From positions 9,610,001 to 9,674,000 of the forward strand of contig CATNEN010000001.1 of the NCBI GenBank assembly GCA_950097015.1: a DNA stretch of 64,000 bases, read 5' to 3'. How positions within the stretch are numbered: the first letter of the stretch is position 1; each line of letters begins with the position of its first letter. The notes below the pieces were generated by a model that had not been told where the DNA came from, did no database searches, and worked only from the letters and a program-made list of their open reading frames with translations. Below are positions 59,730-64,000 of the stretch, piece by piece. The position numbers and the translations under genes are program-made. This stretch comes from Macrostomum hystrix (lineage: Eukaryota > Animalia > Platyhelminthes).

Positions 59730-62700
59730 TTATTTGAGTAGCAAGGACGCACTGACGAGTCCAATCAACAAAAGACCGGTACACGAAGGCCTCACAGCTG
59801 AACTAATTCCGTCTCTTTCTCTGGAATAGCCAGACAATTGTTTGTCCCAGTTGTAGCCGGCCAATTGTCGCTGCTTCTGCTTCTGCTGCTGCTGCTGTTG
59901 CTGCTGTAGCATCAGCTGGCGCTGACTAGGGGAGTCTGCGCAGCGGACAAGGGGCGGCTGGAAACTGGTCGGCCTCTCACCTGGCTGCATCGGTGCCTGG
60001 GTGTTCGGAATGCCGCCAACGTGTAGCCAGGCGCGACCGTCTCTGAGAGACATTGTCATCACCTGGATGACGGTGTTGATCAGGGTTTCACAATTTTAGG
60101 AAAAAATCAATTCTACACCTGCCTCACTCTCTGACCCTCCCACCCTTCGATTCTACAGCCACCTCACTCCCTGACCCTCCCCACCCTTCGATTCTACAGC
60201 CACCTCACTCCCTGACCCTCCCCACCCTTTAATTCTACAGCCACCCCAATCCCCGACCCTCCCCACCCTTCGACTCTACAGCCACCCCACTCCCCGACCC
60301 TCCCCACTCTTCAATTCTACGAGCGTACAGTCAAGCACCCGATCTAGTCTTTCTAAAATCGGCCGTCTCCAAAGCTGACCTGTTCACTTTTAGTCGGCAC
60401 GTGCAGTCTGAGATGATCGCAGCCATTGGTGTTGGTGACGTCCTGAGTTCGATTGATTCGCCACGCTGTTCTGCCGCAGCCGTAGCCGCTGTAGGTGTTC
60501 ATCTGGTCCAGACTGCGCTGATCTCGCGGCGTTATCGACAAGCCCGTGATGAGGAAGTCGAACTGTCTGGCGTCTGTGTTTCTCTCATCCAGGCCTCGAG
60601 TCAAGACTCGACCAGTGGCTGTGAAGCTAAAAAACGGTCGCGTACACAGCGGATCGTGAAAATTGTTGTACGTTCCTGTCCACTGTTGTTCTCCGTCGTT
60701 GTCAAACACCAGACGCCTAGTGACATAGGTGTTCATTGGTCGGCTTTCGCACACTGACGAGACCCATTCACCAGTGGGATAGTCGGACAATAGGGTGCGT
60801 AGTCTGAGTAACACTGGCGGCTTCTTGAGACTGGCGTGAAGGACAGTGTAGCAACCGGGGCAGGGGTCGTTCTGAGAAGTTAAGCACGTTATTGTAGTAG
60901 AGGTTTTCTGAGCGATATTTTTGGCGATAAATTTTTTCAATTTTTCAATATTCGACTGTACCAAGAACGTCGCTATTGTGAGAGTGGAATGTGTCTTCTG
61001 TACCAAGAACGTCGCTATTGTGAGAGTGGAAAGTGTCTTCTGTACCAAGAACGTCGCTATTGTGTGAGTGGAAAGTGTCTTCTGTACCAAGAACGTCGAT
61101 ATTGTGAGAGTGGAAAGTGTCCTTTGTACCAAGAACGTCGCTATTGTGTGAGTGGAATGTGTCCTATGTACCAAGAACGTCGCTATTGTGTGAGTGGAAA
61201 GTGTCCTATTTACCAAGAACGTCGCTATTGTGTGAGTGGAAAGTGTCTTCTGTACGAAGAACGTCGCTATTGTGTGAGTGGAATGTGTCTTCTGAACCAA
61301 GAACGTCGATATTGTGAGCGCCGAATGTATTTTGAACTAAAAGTGTTGATATCATGAGAATCGAATATATATCTCTTTCTAAGTTATTGAAATCGTTCGA
61401 AATTTGTCTGCTCCTACAGCCGTGAACTGATCCCGTAATACCAAAAGAGAATTTTATTTTAAACAGTATTCCAGCGCCACCAATTCGATCTATAAATTCA
61501 ATAAAATATAGGCCTTCAAATGTGATTTCTTTGTAATTGTGACATCTCACACAGCTTCTGACTTTGTCTAATACATGCAAACAGGTATGTGTAACCAAGG
61601 CTTTTTCGATACAAAATCTTAGATTAGCAAAACTCTTTTGCGAACACAGAGGTAGTGATTTTCTGGCTCGACGCTCATACTCGTATTACCAGAATCGACT
61701 AACTTTGAGTCGAAAGACAAATATTTTTGCCGCGTTTTTTCTATCTAGCATTTTCATTTGTGATGTTTTGAAATCCAAGTCTATTTTTCGGTTGGAAAGG
61801 TGAAAAAGAGGTGAGGTTTTTTTTGTCGGCTTCATGATATTAAAATTATTTGCAGGAAGACATTTTAACACTAGTATACATCATTTGGTGAAAGTAGAAC
61901 GAGCAGGAAGCGTGAGACAATTCTAAGAATTCCGCTGACTTCCGAACACACATGTACATCTGTCCTAACTTTCTCATTATCAGGCAGTGTATAGCCTTCA
62001 CTGTGCCTTCGTTGGCGTAAACAGCATAACAAGACACCAAGCCTTCTCTCCGCGCCGCGGAATCGAGCTCAGGGACCTTGGTGCAAGAGACAAACTGTTT
62101 AGTTAGTGTCTTCTGTAATCTGCTTTTGAAATCCAGGCAGGCAGAGGGACCACAGAGAGATTTCAGCGGAAAGCGATACATAATATGCTGTGGTATGGTT
62201 TCTGTCAAACAAAAAAAACTGAAGAAGGTTTCTTTGACAAATTCCAGTCACCAGGCATGAATTTAGAACCGTGAGAATGAAAAATAAGTCTAGCTAAATG
62301 TATCAGTACACAGAATTCTTCTTGGATACGGGAAACGAAGCTGACAAGTCACTCAAGCGGTTGGAAAACTGATTGCTAAAATGTGTCTCAGTTAAGTAGA
62401 AGCTAAGCTAGTGAATTCACTCAATTTTAAAACGGGTGCCTGCACCAGCTGTACACAAACATTGGAAGAGCCAAGAAGTAGCTGCGGCTTTGCCGCTCCA
62501 GCTGCTCATGGATATGAAACACGTCTCAGCGGATCTAGGCATCTCACCTAGATCTCACCTATATAGGCATATTTTATTTCTCACAAAATTTCATTATGAA
62601 ATCAATTCGGCTATCATTGTTAATTATTTTGGATTGATGAAAATGATCGATCATTTTTTCATTTTTGCATCGTTGAATATCCCGACGGTGCTGAAGTCGG

Positions 62701-63278
62701 ACGTCTTTGAAAGTGAGTTCATCGTAAAGGGCGGAAAACTTTGATCCACATGGTGTACTTTTACGAAGATCGGTCATTCGGTTTGGGGGGTATCGTGAAG
62801 TAGGCAGCGGGCTTTCGAAATACCCTCGAGGTCTCTCCCCGGGGTGGAATAGCCTATTCTTTCTACTGTTAAGGGCACAAAGTCTTACATTGGCATCCTC
62901 CAGTGGCGGCTGAAATCCGGATGGCCTGTGCCTGTGCCTCTCCGACATGCTGCTAGCAATGTCACCCAGATGCAGCTGCCTTCGCACTTTGATTCTCTCG
63001 CTTGAAGCAGCATCGGCCAAGCCAATCGCTGTTCCTGTCTCTTCGATTCGCATCAGCAGCAGCTCGTTCAGGTTGAAGCCCAACTCTTTGGTGCAGTCAA
63101 AGTCCCGCAGGACGGATTTTTTGTACTCAACAAAGAGTAGAATGTCGCGCGGTTTGCCAACTTGCCAGGGCTCGCTGTGAAGGACGGCTCTGAAACGGCT
63201 CTGGCAGGCGGGACTGTTTGAGCTAACCCTCGTCTGTAGGTAGGTGGCTGCCATGCTTGTGTAGGGCAACACTGTCAC
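59730..63278 (-). CDS. APCDD1: APCDD1-like Wnt inhibitor, last three exons (63278-62889, 60871-60380, 60062-59730); 5' exons not identified in window
   Basis: LGFNLNELLLMRIE, LHLGDI...RPSGFQPPL, CPGC...PPVL, GEWVSSVCESRP, DPLCTRPFF, QDVTNTNGC..L.L.VP, RPTSFQPPLVRC and a hydrophobic C-terminus match the APCDD1 duplicated domain. All junctions are phase-0 GT-AG. Confidence 0.88.
60115..60320. repeat. 41-bp C-rich tandem repeat in the last APCDD1 intron
   Basis: attctacagccacctcactccctgaccctccccacccttcg, about 5 copies. Confidence 0.85.
60956..61320. repeat. 42-bp minisatellite in APCDD1 intron
   Basis: ctgtaccaagaacgtcgctattgtgWgagtggaaagtgtctt, about 9 copies. Confidence 0.9.
61927..62096 (-). 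mobile_element. SINE family A degenerate copy
   Basis: The reverse complement reads gcaccaaggtccctgagctcgattccgcggcg...gcctgataatgagaaagttaggacagatgtaca...gtcagcggaa. Confidence 0.75.
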
Positions 63279-63416
63279 CTGTGATGGAGGGCGGATTAAA
63301 AGTCTTTGTTAGTTAGAACGACAATTTTTAATACGTTTTTTCATGGGGGCCGGCGAGCATTGGACCAAGACCACAATGGCCTTCTCAAATAAAAAAAGAA
63401 TTTTATTATAAAAAAT

Positions 63417-63783
63417 CGTTTAACGCGTTGCCTCTCGCACTCGCACCAAGGTCCCTGAGTTCGATTCCGCTGCGAGGCCACAATCATTTGAGGCACAGCC
63501 GCGTAGAGAAGGCTTGGGGGCTTGTCTTGCAATTTACGCCCTTTAGGGCCAACCTCCTAGGCACAGTGAGAGTGTACAGTGCCTGACGATGAGAAAGTCA
63601 GGACAGATGTACACACCTGTGTGAGCGTGTGCCTGCGTACAGTATCTGTGTGCGTGTGTGGTCAGGAGTCAGCGAAACGGGCAGAATTGCCTCCTCGCTG
63701 GCTGTGGGTCTGGTCTTACCAAATGATGTGCCATTGCCCGCAGCCCTCCTGCAATTATAATTATTTATTATTATTACTATTAT
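63417..63783 (+). mobile_element. SINE family A near-full copy (antisense to APCDD1)
   Basis: B-box GAGTTCGATTCC, full body, TTA-rich tail. Confidence 0.88.
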
Positions 63784-64000
63784 AACAGGGTTACGAACTT
63801 CAACGAAACTTTGCCTAAACTGTTTTACAGCAGAGTCTAAGCGATGATTTGATGACAAGTCAAAGTCCCCCGTAGCCAGCGGAAACTGCTGGGGATAGAA
63901 AGCAGATGAAAGTGAAATGGGACATTTTTGTAGCTCGTATCTATTCAGCGTTTTCTTTCTTTGACAGAATTTCAGCACGTAGAGGAGTTCCAGCGACGAC

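Noticed and set aside
60872-61300. N-terminal repeat part of ORF 60353-61300 as APCDD1 coding sequence
   Set aside because: It is the 42-bp intronic repeat. Homology favours the acceptor TTCTCAG|AAC at 60871, joining EDAN to NDPCPGC.

Overview
Eukaryotic (metazoan) genomic DNA with spliceosomal introns and very dense, locus-specific minisatellites; the overall style suggests a free-living flatworm such as Macrostomum (inference only). Genes that can be reconstructed: a head-to-head pair of atypical TKL-like kinases (both DFD instead of DFG, no Gly-rich loop, shared unannotated C-terminal domain); two tandem kynurenine aminotransferase (KYAT-like) paralogs, one with a GC-AG intron; a GT32 (DXD) glycosyltransferase; ERG28; intronless FIS1; a calcineurin-B/CHP-like EF-hand gene; and the 3' exons of APCDD1. 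Mobile DNA includes eight copies of a tRNA-derived SINE, two CORE-type SINEs, a 5'-truncated RNase H-containing LINE with a target-site duplication (TSD), a Tc1/IS630 remnant, a Penelope-like remnant with a degenerate minimal hammerhead, and a 52-bp TIR mini-element. Three observations stand out. (1) A 5.56-kb element with ~200-bp TIRs carries an intact, intron-containing glycosyltransferase as cargo next to zinc-finger and transposase remnants. (2) The kinase pair is divergent in both arrangement and motifs. (3) Exons are repeatedly bracketed by related minisatellites in inverted orientation, and several intronic minisatellites are built on YAG|GT splice-like motifs. All long repeat-derived ORFs in the ORF track are judged spurious.
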